Source: Podarcis muralis
Taxonomy: Eukaryota
Reading direction: 5' to 3'
DNA length: 64,000 nucleotides
Assembly (NCBI RefSeq): GCF_964188315.1
Contig: NC_135668.1
Coordinates: 22,754,001 to 22,818,000 of the forward strand
Positions 13,501 through 24,964 of the stretch are shown here, piece by piece. Within the stretch, counting starts at the first letter, position 1. Each line of letters begins with the position of its first letter. The notes under the pieces are model-generated. The model was not told where the DNA came from and did no database searches. It was given only the letters and a program-made list of their open reading frames with translations. Both the position numbers and the translations under genes were made by a program.

Positions 13501-14450
13501 AGTTGTTAAAACAACCATATATTATGGGATGTGGAAAGTACAGCTTGTCTGCTAGAGTCTTTGTTCCAGTCTACCATAAAAGAGGGTTTTTTCCCCTCTC
13601 TAGCCACACAAAGTTTTTGCATCAGTTTCTCAGAAAGCGCTGTACCCCCAAATTGCATTATACCATTTTATGTACATTTTAAAAACCATTTGATTCTTTC
13701 CATTTTCTAGCTATCAGTATTCCTGCTGCCATTAATGAGTAAACAATTAAATGTTTATAAAATAACGTTTGGTTGCCTGCTCTGAGACAGGGTTTGTAAG
13801 GCCATATTCCCTAAACACTCACCCTCTTGCTCCACATATACACGGCATAAGCTGAGAATCAGAACCAGCTTTAGTGCTGGTGGAAATGGACTATGCTAAC
13901 TGATAGTCCAAAGACAGATAGGGTTATAGGAGGGAGATTGTGGGGTGGGGGAGACCTTCTCTGTCTTCAGAGACTGATTTTGACTGAGTTCTTGTGTTGT
14001 CAAGAAGACCTTGTTTGCTTTTGCCTCTCCCCCAGTATCTTTTTATTGTATTTATTTGTCTATCCTTTCCAATATTTATAGGACACTTTTTGCTACAGTT
14101 TACACAACATTCAGTCAAGCAACTCATCAAGCAAACAAATGCTGTGTTTTAAGCAAAACAAAACCCACAGCCCCCCCCCCAAAAAATCCCGTAAGTTTCA
14201 TAAATAGGCAAAATAAGACTTCCAATCCCAGATGAAATAGAAAGTCTTTTTCAAAGATCTGAAGTTTGACAGGGAGGTGGGCCTTTCTGGGGAGTTTTCA
14301 CAGTGGGGTTTCTACAGGGTCAGGCTCACAAGACTGAATGTCTGGCTCCTGAGGGATTTGAGGCATGGATCTGAGCCATGAGGGACTGCAAACAGAGACA
14401 CCCCCCCCCCCCGAGATCTTTGTGATCAGCTAGGGTTTATAACCCGTTTA

Positions 14451-14810
14451 GGGACGCGGGTGGCGCTGTGGGTAAAACCTCAGCGCCTAGGACTTGCCGA
14501 TCGCATGGTCGGCAGTTCAAATCCCCGCAGCGGGGTGCGCTCCCGTCGCTCGGTCCCAGCGCCTGCCAACCTAGCAGTTCGCAAGCACCTCCGAGTGCAA
14601 GTAGATAAATAGGGACCGCTTACCAGCGGGAAGGTAAACGGCGTTTCCGTGTGCAGCACTGGCTCGCCAGATGCAGCTTTGTCACGCTGGCCACGTGACC
14701 CGGAAGTGTCTTTGGACAGCGCTGGCCCCCGGCCTCTTAAGTGAGATGGGCGCACAACCCTAGAGTCGGACACAACTGGCCCGTACGGGCAGGGGTACCT
14801 TTACCTTTAC
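14451..14810 (+). mobile_element. Sauria SINE (Squam1), subfamily here called B
   Basis: GGGACGCGGGTGGCGCTGTGGG head, box-B-like GTTCAAATCC, BovB-like tail (agagtcggacacaact), terminal (ACCTTT)n. Confidence 0.92.
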
Positions 14811-15627
14811 GGTTTATAAGGTATCAGATGGTCCTTAAGGGTATCACGGACCCAAGTTGTTAAGGGCCTTACAAATTACTACAAGAAACTTGAATCTGGC
14901 ATGGCAATGTATGTGCAGCCATTGCAAACTTTTAAGCACCAGAATTGAGTCTTAGCTGTGTGCTTGTGTTCTTCTGGGAAACCTTGCCGTTTTTGTGTCT
15001 GACTCATGATGAAGTAGCTTTGTATGTTCTTTCACCTTTCTCACTTGGTCCTGAGGGTGAGGATTTTCCTCAGCAGGATGTGAGTCATACTCTTCACCTT
15101 CTTCTTCCGGACTTAAAAAGTGGCTTAAGAATCGTAGCCAGCAGGGTTGCGGTGGTAGATAATCACACTTTTCTACTTTGCAATTTTCTCATCACGTAGA
15201 GCATGCTTCTTGCCCTTGCTGCAACTTTTCTGTGTACGGTCTCAAAAGAGAAGGGACTGGGGCATGCAGAATGCTCATACGAGGAAGAAACTGTTTAGTG
15301 CAGGTCTTGAAAGCAAAACAGCAATGAAGAAAAGCAATTGCTATAAATGACAGCAAATTGGCCGTAGATCATCCAAAGCTTAGCTGGTTCACTTAATCTG
15401 AGAAACATGGTTTTATATGTTCTGTTAGCAGAACATTGAAGGGAACCCCTTTCAAAGCTTGACTTGTCTGCCAAGGACCCCACACCCCTACCGTCACCAC
15501 ACATGAGCCATGCACTGTGGAGGCTTCCTAGTGAAGCCACATAACCCCAGGGTTCTTGTGGGAGCACTGGGTCAGGTTTATTGGGCCTCCTCATTATCTC
15601 TCATGACTTGGAGAGTCCACCCTAGAC

Positions 15628-15755
15628 TCAGGGATGGAGAAGCTGTGGTCCTCCAGGTGTTGTGGGACTTCAACTCCCATCATCACTGGCCACTGGCCAT
15701 GCTAGCTGGGGTCTGTTGGGAGTTGGAGTCCAGCAGCAACTGGAGGGCCATAGGT
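15628..15755. mobile_element. Degraded palindromic hAT-type MITE (similar degraded copies at ~7522-7610, ~51485-51545, ~60597-60690, ~60745-60865)
   Basis: caactcccatcatc...tgggagttg core. Confidence 0.65.
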
Positions 15756-15974
15756 GGAAAGGGAAAATCAGTATTTGCTGGTGGGCTAGTTGTCTTTCTG
15801 TGAAGGAGTCTGTCCTGATTGGAAACTTTGGTGATGAAGGGGTATCTAGATAGATGAAATAATAAATGCTTGGTCTCCTCTTTGAGGCATCTTGGTAAAC
15901 TTTTGGTGAATCCCAGGGTTCCACAGAGCACAATTTGAAAACAATGGGATTGGCTTATACTAGGAGACTGAGTA

Positions 15975-16325
15975 GGGACACGGGTGGCACTGTGGGTTAA
16001 ACCACAAAGCCTAGGACTTGATGATCAGAAGGTCAGCAGTTTGAATCTACGTGACGGGGTGAGCTCCCGTTGCTCGGTCCCTGCTCCTGCCAACCTAGCA
16101 GTTCGAAAGCATGTCAAACTGCAAGTAGATAAATAGGTACCACTCAGGCAGGAAAGTAAATGGCGTTTCCGTGCGCTGCTCTGGTTCACCAGAAGCAGCT
16201 TAGTCATGCTGGCCACATGACCTGGAAGCTGTACGCCGGCTCCCTCAGCCAATAAAGCAAGATGAGCGCCGCAACCCCAGAGTTGGCCACGACTGGACCT
16301 AATGATCAGGGGTCCCTTTACCTTT
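15975..16325 (+). mobile_element. Sauria SINE, subfamily A, with 14-bp TSD
   Basis: Full length. TSD TAGGAGACTGAGTA at 15961-15974 and 16326-16339. Confidence 0.94.
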
Positions 16326-17123
16326 TAGGAGACTGAGTATTACAGAAATAGTAATGCTTGTAAGCTGGCTCACTTTAGGCCCTGTGTACAATGTCTTGAT
16401 TGCCTACAGTAACAGGAAATAGGAAAGTTGTAGACAGCAATATGGTCTCTGGTATCGATGGGAAAGGATAGAGAGATCATTCTCTTCTGTTACCCCTTCC
16501 CTTAGTTGTTGGAAGAGAGTCTTAATTGGCTGTCATGCAGCTTGACTCCCATTGCCAGCCTTCTTCTTGCAGAACCCTGATAAGCTTTTGCAGTGTACTG
16601 TATTTGTGTTTCTCGGAACACAGTTTGCAAACTACTGGTATAAAGGTCTTACAAAAGACTAGTGTTGTTCTTCTCTGGCCTAACGTCTGAGATGGATTGA
16701 AAAAGAGCCCATTTTGCAAGAAATCAAGGAGTGGTTGTCTATAAACAGCTGTTCCTTTTGTACCAGGCACCGTGCTGTTTGGAGATGTTGGAGGTTAAAA
16801 TTATTGTGGTGAAAATTGTATAAATGTGTGAAATGGCCACAACACACGCCCCACTCAGTTTCCATCCAAGTAGCTTGGATAATGCTTAGATGTTCTACTT
16901 GCCCATCATGTGTTAGATGCAATCACGACACAGCTTGTAAATAGCCACTTGCCTGTAGCAAGTAAGGTGATCAAATAGCATTTTTCTTTGTAAACTGGTT
17001 GAGAATGAGTTCCTCTCCCTGTCCCCATTTCACAGATTGCTGAAGTGCCACAGATAGCTTCCATACAGTATAGGAAGCTGCCTTATACTGAGTCACACCA
17101 TTGGTCCATCTAGCTCAGTATTA

Positions 17124-17332
17124 CAGTGGTACCTCTGGTTACGTACTTAATTCATTCCGGAGGTCCATTCTTAACCTGAAACTGTTCTTAACCTGAAGCA
17201 CCACTTTAGCTAATGGGGCCTCCTGCTGCTGCTGTGCTGTTCTCATCCTGAAGCAAAGTTCTTAACCCAAGGTACTATTTCTGGGTTAGTGGAGTCTGTA
17301 ACCTGAAGCGTATGTAACCCGAGGTACCACTG
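17124..17332 (-). mobile_element. Tc1/mariner MITE, main family
   Basis: TA on both sides; inserted at the end of a tRNA-Ala SINE fragment. Confidence 0.9.
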
Positions 17333-17334
17333 TA

Positions 17335-18320
17335 TCAGAGAACATAAGGAGAGCCCTGCTAGACCAAACTCAAAGCCTATCTGCTCCAGCATCCTCTTTT
17401 CCACATTTCACTATTGGGGCAAATATTCTGCCAAGTGACTTTAAGTTAATGCAATGTTAGATATAACCCTTAGTCTGTAAGGTGTGAGTTAAGGTCGCTT
17501 TGCTTAGAAAAGCAGATCATGAAAAATTCTCATCCATCCATAATGCTGTCTCTGATACCCTCTGAATTTGCATAATCTTATACCCCATAATTTTTTCTAA
17601 TCCCATTTTTTCTAAAGTGATAACCAACACCTTATCCTTCTGGTAGCGAATTGTATCATTTTAACGATGCTTCCTTTTCTGTCTGTCCAGAATGTTCTAC
17701 AATTCAACATCACTGGATAACTGGATTCTAGTATTATGAGAGAGTGAGAAGAACCTTTTTGTATCCACTTTCTCCACACAGTTTGTAATTTTATACACCT
17801 TACTCGCCTTTTGGGATGCAGGTGGCGCTGTGGGTTAAACCACAGAGCCTAGGACTTGTCGATCAGAAGGTCGGCAGTTCGAATCCCTGCGACGGGGTGA
17901 GCTCCCATTGCTCGGTCCCTGCTGCTGCCAACCTAGCAGTTCGAAAGCACGTCAAAGTGCAAGTAGATAAATAGGTACTGCTCCGGTGGGAAGGTAAATG
18001 GTGTTTCCGTGCGCTGCTCTGGTTCGCCACATGCTGGCCACATGACCCAGAAGCTGTATGCCGGCTCCCTTGGCCAATAAAGCCAAGATGAGCGCCGCAA
18101 CCCCAGAGTCAGTCACGACTGGATCTAATGGTCAGGGGTCCCTTTACATTTACCTTTACTCACCTTTTATCTAAACAAAAAAGCCCCTTTCTCAAAGGGG
18201 AGTTGGTGCTGACCCCATATCATTTGAGCTTGGATTGCCCTGGTCCAACATCCTAAGCACTGTAGCATTCTGGTTTGCACTGGTATGCATTGCTAGTGAG
18301 ACTATTAAATATGCATGCAG
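17335..18320 (-). mobile_element. Old CR1-type LINE 3' portion, interrupted by a Sauria SINE
   Basis: agaacataag tail start; tatccactttctccacac...tctaaacaaaaaagcccc ORF2 remnant on both sides of the SINE. Confidence 0.6.
17813..18157 (+). mobile_element. Sauria SINE, subfamily A, inserted in an old CR1
   Basis: Near full length. Flanks tactcgcctttt / tactcacctttt form a TSD with one mismatch. Confidence 0.92.
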
Positions 18321-19371
18321 ATCCTTTTGACTTATGCAGATCTTTTTGACCTATTCGCTAGACAGCAGTAACAACTTAATTTGGAATCCTGAAGGGAAAG
18401 GAGCTGAATTTCTTTTTTTTTTATAGTCAGGATCTCTTTGCATATGGCACATTTAATTTCCTTGCTCCAGACAGTGTCTGCTGCCAAAGGGATTAAGCGA
18501 AATGCTCATAACCTTCTTGCTCATGGTAGAAATGCATGGGTGTGCTTGTGTCTGGAATAGATGGAGAAAATTGCTCTGCGGTTAAGCAGTTAAGAAATGC
18601 AGACCTGTATGAAGTCTCCCCACCCCCCTTTGTAGCAGTCCAGTTTTGTTCCTTCCATCCTTGCGCTTTGGTGGTTTTCTATGATTGTGTGAACCTTCCC
18701 CACAGGTGGTCTTTGTCCACCTGTGTTTGCTTTCATTCAGGCTTGGTTGGATCCCAGCATCTCTCCTCCTAAAACTGTTTATCTCCAGGGGCCTCATTCA
18801 AATGCTCAGTTGTATATACCACCACCTGTCATCAATCCCCTTCCCAACCTACACAGGACAAACAGGTTAATCTTTGCACAGAAGAACAAAGAGAACATAA
18901 ACCTACCATAAAAAATGGCAATGCTCAGAAATGAGGGGGAGAACATCTCTCTCCTGTGACTCTGCTGCTGATCTCAAAGACATTGTACTTCGGCAAAGGA
19001 ACTTGTGAAGGAGATTGCTGCATTAAGTTGATAACAAGTTACATTCTGCTTGCTTAGGACTCGATTGCTGCCAATTTCTCACTCAGATAGCATAGCAAAG
19101 TTAGGACGACTGTAGTATCACCGATCCCTTCTGTTGTGCTTTAACTTAGTGGGCTAGTGAACCTGGGCCCTCAGCCTAATTTTGTGTGGCCCTCTGCAAG
19201 TGATAAATTTAGGCCTGTGCTGTGTGGCAGTGGAGGGAAGCTGAAAAGACCAGAGATGGGAAGGAAGGAAAGCACTTGGTGGGTGTTGGTGAATGGGGTG
19301 GTGCAGAAAAAGATCTATGCCTTACCACAGGGCTCTGAATTCCACCCATTTGGGGGACACACTGTGTTCCG

Positions 19372-19620
19372 CATTGCGAGAAGTGAGGTTACAGGGAACC
19401 AGACAGAGGGCCTACTCGGTAGTGGCACCCGCCCTGTGGAACGCTCTCCCTTGAGATGTGAAGGAAATAAGCAGCTATCTTCTCTTTAAAAGACATCTGA
19501 AGGCAGCCCTGTTTAGGGAAGTTTTTAATATTTAATGCTGTATTGTTTTTAACACTTGATTGGAAGCCGCCCAGAGTGGCTGAGGAAACTCAGCCAGATG
19601 GGCGGTGTATAAATAAATAA

Positions 19621-19668
<48 letters not shown>
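19372..19668 (+). mobile_element. L2-clade LINE 3' end with (AAT)n tail
   Basis: Same family in sense orientation. 3' stem-loop TGGCTGAG-GAAA-CTCAGCCA at 19577-19596. Confidence 0.87.
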
Positions 19669-21362
19669 TCCACCATCACTGATTTTGTCTAACATCAGAT
19701 GTGGCCCCCAACTAATTTTTCAAATCATTCAGTGGTCCTTCATAGGAAAAAGGTTCTCCATCCCTGCTAAGTTTCCCAGCATTGGACAGAATTGCCATAT
19801 CCTTTTGGCCCCACAATTTATATCCCCCCCCTTTCTGCCCCCTTTTAGTTTGTGTATGCCAACTTCCTGCATTTGAAGCGGACTTTTGTACACAAGAGCC
19901 AACTTTTATTCTTACTGCTAGGTGGGAAATAAGCATCTTTTCCACAATGTTGGATGGTTTTTCCAGAGAAGAAAGGAAGGCTGCAATCCTGTGCATCCTT
20001 TTTTTGGCGGGAGCGGGAGAGAAAGTCCCACTGAATAAAGCAAGGCTTCTTTCCAGGTGAAGATGCCGAGGATTGGGATGTTAATCTTCCAGTTCTGTCA
20101 GTCTTCCAGTTCTGTCCCTTTCTCTGAACGTTTCGGGATGGAAGTCTAGACGAAGAAGGTGAAGGACTTCCCTCTGAACACAAGAAGCTGGAAACATTTC
20201 AGTGGGAGAGGTGGATGCTTCAGTACTGTAGCAAGTTGGCAGCTTTTCCAAAGCAGCCGCGAATTTTAATTCTTCCGAAGTGAAAGCTTTACATGGGTGT
20301 AACTTTTAAAACTTATTGGAAGCCAAACTTCTCATTTCCAGATGATAAAACAAAGGAGAGAAGTCTTTATATTCCACTTCTTCTTTCGTGGGAGACAGAG
20401 ATTCTGTCAAAATAGCCAACTTCATGGGTAAACAAAACAGAGACTGTCGGGTTTTCGGTCGTCTTAGAAGTGAAATGGGTTGAAATTCTTCAAATGTTCA
20501 AGCCTGACAAGTCACCTTGGTGAAAATTGGGCAGTGACTTGCTTTGCCAGATGTGAAGTGGCAATACTTGGTAACCATTGTGACTGTAAAAAACAAAAAC
20601 AAAAAAACTTATCTACGGTCTAAGTCTGACTTTTTGCTTAACACTATCCTTTTGTTCTTGGTTTAAGTACAGGGCCAAGCCACAGAGGTTGATTGTGTAT
20701 GTCTCTTCAGAGAAACCAACCCTGTGAATTAATACATATGGAAAAGTTACATTGCAGTGAGCTGTCCTGGGTAACCTTTCCCGAAGCAATGCCAGTAGTG
20801 GGCATCTTGTAATCTTCGAGTTGGGCAGAAAAGTGCAGAGTCTTCAGCATAAGGACTGTTAGCTTGTGTTGGATTTGCAGAGATATTGCGTTGGATTTGC
20901 AGAGATCCACATGTTTGGTTCACCTTGGTAGCCAGCCATTATTTGTGGTTGCCCCTGCCTCCTCCCTTCTCAGGTCCTGTTGAGCATGCAGATGACTTGG
21001 GAAATAAGCATTTTCTGTGTGCTCCTTGGCTAAGCATTTAGGAACACTGAATACACAAGGTGCTTCGGTTTCTAGAGAATAGTGTTCAATTCTGTTACAT
21101 ACAAGGAAAACTTCAAGGGAAACACAAATAAGTCACTCCAGAAGATGACAATGGCACACTCCAAATCCTTTTCCGAGGGATGTGCTCAGAAATTAGTAGA
21201 TATAGCTGAAAGGCTGCACATGGAGATCTGCAGTGATCATTCAGTGCACATGTGTATCATCTTAGAAAGTTGTATGATCTTAGAAGGGGTGTTGCTGTGA
21301 CTGTCATGAAGGGATACTGTAGTTCTGAATTTACTACAACATTAGTGCAGATGGAGAGAGCT

Positions 21363-21367
<5 letters not shown>

Positions 21368-21402
<35 letters not shown>
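21368..21402. repeat. (CA)n microsatellite (others at ~36998-37038 and ~60102-60131)
   Basis: Direct reading. Confidence 0.97.
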
Positions 21403-21404
<2 letters not shown>

Positions 21405-21633
21405 GGTACCTTGGTTCCCAAATGCAATCCGTTCTGGAAGTCTGTTTGACTTCCAAAACGTTCGCAAACCAAGGAGTGGCTTCTGATTGGCCCCGGAAAC
21501 AATGCCAACAGCCGAAACAGACGTTTGGCTTCCAAAAAACATCCGCAAACCCGGAACACTTACTTTCGGGTTTGCGGCGTTTGGGAGCCAAGCCATTCAG
21601 GAGCCAATCCGTTCGGTAACCAAGGTACCACTG
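21401..21633. mobile_element. Tc1/mariner MITE, third internal type
   Basis: TIR CAGTGGTACCTTGGTT. The left flank is a (CA)n tract. Confidence 0.85.
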
Positions 21634-22955
21634 AATACTTTTTAAAGGTCATGTTAATGAAGAACTATTGTGCTTCGTGGAAATGCAAATTTAGCTGACA
21701 TATCTGTCTGGAAATCTGTGTTGCTGTGTGTGTTCTCCTCTCCCCGCCCCCTGATAACCCCTTAGCATATGGACCAAACCAGAACTAGTCGGCTCCTCCT
21801 ATCGTTGGCTCTGGTTCTGCCACTCATTTGCTTTGGCTTCATCAACAGTTGGCCCCTCTGCCTGCTGCCCTACCAGTCCAAATGGGCCCCAGCCTCTGCT
21901 GAATGGGACTCACTCCTTCTATAAAGGGACCTTCAAATGTACCACTTAACCTCTCCCGACTGTGCCAAAAGCGGCATTCCAGCTCCTGCTGTACAGAAAA
22001 CCTGTGTCAGGGAAATATATATATATTTCCTCTTGGCTTATATAGAGCGATTTTAATGTCTTGAAGAAAGGAAAAATTAAGCTGCCAGCTGTTTCCTTGT
22101 GCAAATGGGTTATTCTAGTCCCCGAGTGCACTTCTCGCTTCCCTGGTCTTATTCTGGTCTGTGAATCACCAGCAGGCAGAGTGGTAATTTTGGAAGACCA
22201 GCAGACACAGCAAACTGCCACTTTGGCTTTGGGGACTTGCCCGCAGCCCAGCTGTATGTGAAAAGGATGAATTAAAGACAGGAATAGAAGTAAAGTGCTT
22301 CTTCCCCTTCCCCCAACCCAGAAAAAAAACATATAATCTTCCATATTGCCGACTTCGGCTGCTTTGAAGAAGTTGGGGGGTGGGGGGAGAGCAATAGAGA
22401 TCGCTTGGGTATGTAAAAGGTAAACATTAAGAAACCCTCAAGCTTTTAATGGTTTGTCCAGTAATAGAAATAAATGATGAGTCTAAAAGCCACAAGTGGC
22501 TTAGTACAGAATATATGCATAAATCTTTGACTGTCTTGGAAAGAAGTAGATGGGCAAAATCTTGCAGAATGTCACAAGTTATTCCTAGTGCCTGCATCAT
22601 TGCCTCTACCCATCATCATCGGATGTGGTGGAGCTGGAGCTCCTGCTTTAGATGCTCTCAAATGGAAAGGAGAGTTGTTGTTATTGTGCAAGCAGTACCT
22701 TGTTGGAGTTGGAGTCTGGCTATAAGTCTTAGCTACTAGCCACAAGGGTTCTGCACTGCCTCTACGGTTTGAGCCAGTAATGCTTCTGGATATCATATGC
22801 TGGGAACCACAGAAGTGCTCTTGTGCTCAGGTCCTGCTTGTGGGTTCCCCACCAGTGGCTGGGTGGCTACTATGAGAACAGGATGCGATGGGCCACTGGT
22901 CTGGTCCAGTAGCCTCTTTCTACATTTTTAGAATGACCTAGTCTTTTCCTTATAC

Positions 22956-23315
22956 GGGACGCAGGTGGCGCTGTGGGTAAAAGCCTCAGCGCCTAGGGCT
23001 TGCCGATCGAAAGGTCGGCGGTTCGAATCCCCGCGGCGGGGTGCGCTCCCGCTGCTCGGTCCCAGCGCCTGCCAACCTAGCAGTTCGAAAGCACTCCCGG
23101 GTGCAAGTAGATAAATAGGGACCGCTTACTAGCAGGAAGGTAAACGGCGTTTCCGTGTGCTGCGCTGGCTCGCCAGATGCAGCTTTGTCACGCTGGCCAC
23201 GTGACCCGGAAGTGTCTCCGGACAGCGCTGGCCCCCGGCCTCTTGAGTGAGATGGGCGCACAACCCCAGAGTCTGTCAAGACTGGCCCGTACGGGTAGGG
23301 GTACCTTTACCTTTT
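22956..23315 (+). mobile_element. Sauria SINE, subfamily B, with 16-bp TSD
   Basis: TSD ACCTAGTCTTTTCCTT at 22936-22951 and 23316-23331, with 4 extra nt (atac) at the 5' junction. CpG-rich. Confidence 0.94.
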
Positions 23316-23509
23316 ACCTAGTCTTTTCCTTCTTCTTTAGTGCTGCAAAAGCAGACAGCAGTCACTCAAAAGGACATTGGGCCACCAACTGGAGAGCTAA
23401 TTCCTTAACAATTCTCAGCACCTTTAACAGCACTCCAGGGTTCTTTGGGGGAACTCATGCTGGTTTTAAGTAGTATAATAACACTTAATTGTATGGTGTT
23501 AATGTAGTC

Positions 23510-23645
23510 CGGTGTCTCTTAAACTTGGGTCTCCAGCTGGTTTGGGACTACAACTCCCATCATCCCTTGATAGCAGGACCAATGGTCAGGGATGATGGGA
23601 ATTGTAGTTCAAAAACAACTGGAGACCCAAGTTTGGGAAACACTG
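23510..23645. mobile_element. Palindromic hAT-type MITE
   Basis: Same core with long inverted arms. Confidence 0.8.
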
Positions 23646-24222
23646 AAGGAGCCAATATTGGGGTGCCATAAGCCTGATGTAGAATCTTCATTATGAAGGA
23701 GGCCTTTAAGGGAAATTCCAGTCAAGAGTTCTAAGGTGGTGGGAGCCATTGAACTTTTCCATTCTCCAAATCCTGGGATGTGTCCAATCTTTGACCTTTG
23801 TTGGGCTGCTGGACCTTCCTTCTGTCCCCATCCAGGAAACATGTTTCCTGAATGAGTTGTCCCCAAGTAAGGTATGAGAGTATATTTTGCCCTCAAGGAA
23901 CATAATTTTGAAACATGTCTGGCAGCTCTCAAATAAGTTGCTATTTCTGAGCACCACTCTGAGGAGGTTTTCTCTCTCTCTCCCTTTTTCTTGTTTTTCC
24001 TCTCTTTTTCTTGCTGAGTCAGGCCAAATGACATTCTGGTCAAGCACTAACTCTGCCACAATGTCCAGTCAGAGCCAACTGGACATTGGCAAGCAGGGCA
24101 CAGAGGTCATAGTCTTTAGCTGTTCCTTGTCAGAGCAATGTCCTTGTGAAATTAACTCCATTTTTGCCCCACTGTACAATGGAAGATGGTGCAAATGTAC
24201 TTCTATCGTGTCATTAGGGCTG

Positions 24223-24297
<75 letters not shown>
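24223..24297. repeat. (ACA)25 microsatellite
   Basis: Perfect trinucleotide array. Confidence 0.97.
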
Positions 24298-24512
24298 TAG
24301 CCTCAGTACTTGGCAGATGCTTCCCAAGTTGAAATAAAGGTGCCATTATGCTCATCACCTGTATAGCCACTTCTTCCAAACTGGGTAGCCTACTGGATGT
24401 TCTCTTTTGTCTTGCATCCATTTATAAGATTCAGTGCCCTGGCACATGGTTTGTGGGTGTCTGTGCAGCACCCAGCATTGTGTTGGTATTCAATGTTAAG
24501 CATCCATCATAC

Positions 24513-24964
24513 TGTCCTGACTCCCACCCAAAACATGACAGAGGTTCTTACTTGTGAGTAAGACACAGATAGTTATTCAGGCAAGTAACAGTGCAAGCAT
24601 AGCAGCAGGAGTCGAGGAGCTAAGCAAGAAGCTCAGAACTGTTAGGACAACAGAGATGTCCTAAGAAGTTTCCACACCCTTCCTGCCAAGCTTTCTTGCG
24701 AGACTGTCTTTCTTCACGGGAATGCCAGGTTCATAGACACATTGTTTGTCTCTCTGGGTGAGTCTGTGCTTATGCTTATGTATGGAGGCAGTGCCCTCCC
24801 CTTCTGACACCTGAAGAGCTTCTTCTGCCTCTTGCTCAGTCATGTCTGGTGGCTGGTCTACACCCTCCTCTGCTCCTGAAGAAGGCGAGGACCTCCATCC
24901 TCAGTTCCCACAATTGCCCCCACCCTGTCCTTCTGAACTTATTAAGCCATGCCTGATCCTGACA
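24513..24964 (-). mobile_element. LTR-like element
   Basis: Termini TGTC...GACA. AATAAC-like signal ~60 nt from the minus-strand 3' end. No TSD found. Confidence 0.45.

Noticed and set aside
14480-14773. Recurrent ~75-98 aa 'paralogous' ORFs (CFRTARLAGAGTEQ...) at 14480, 16025, 22986, 33361 and 49439
   Set aside because: Antisense readings of Sauria SINE copies, not a gene family.
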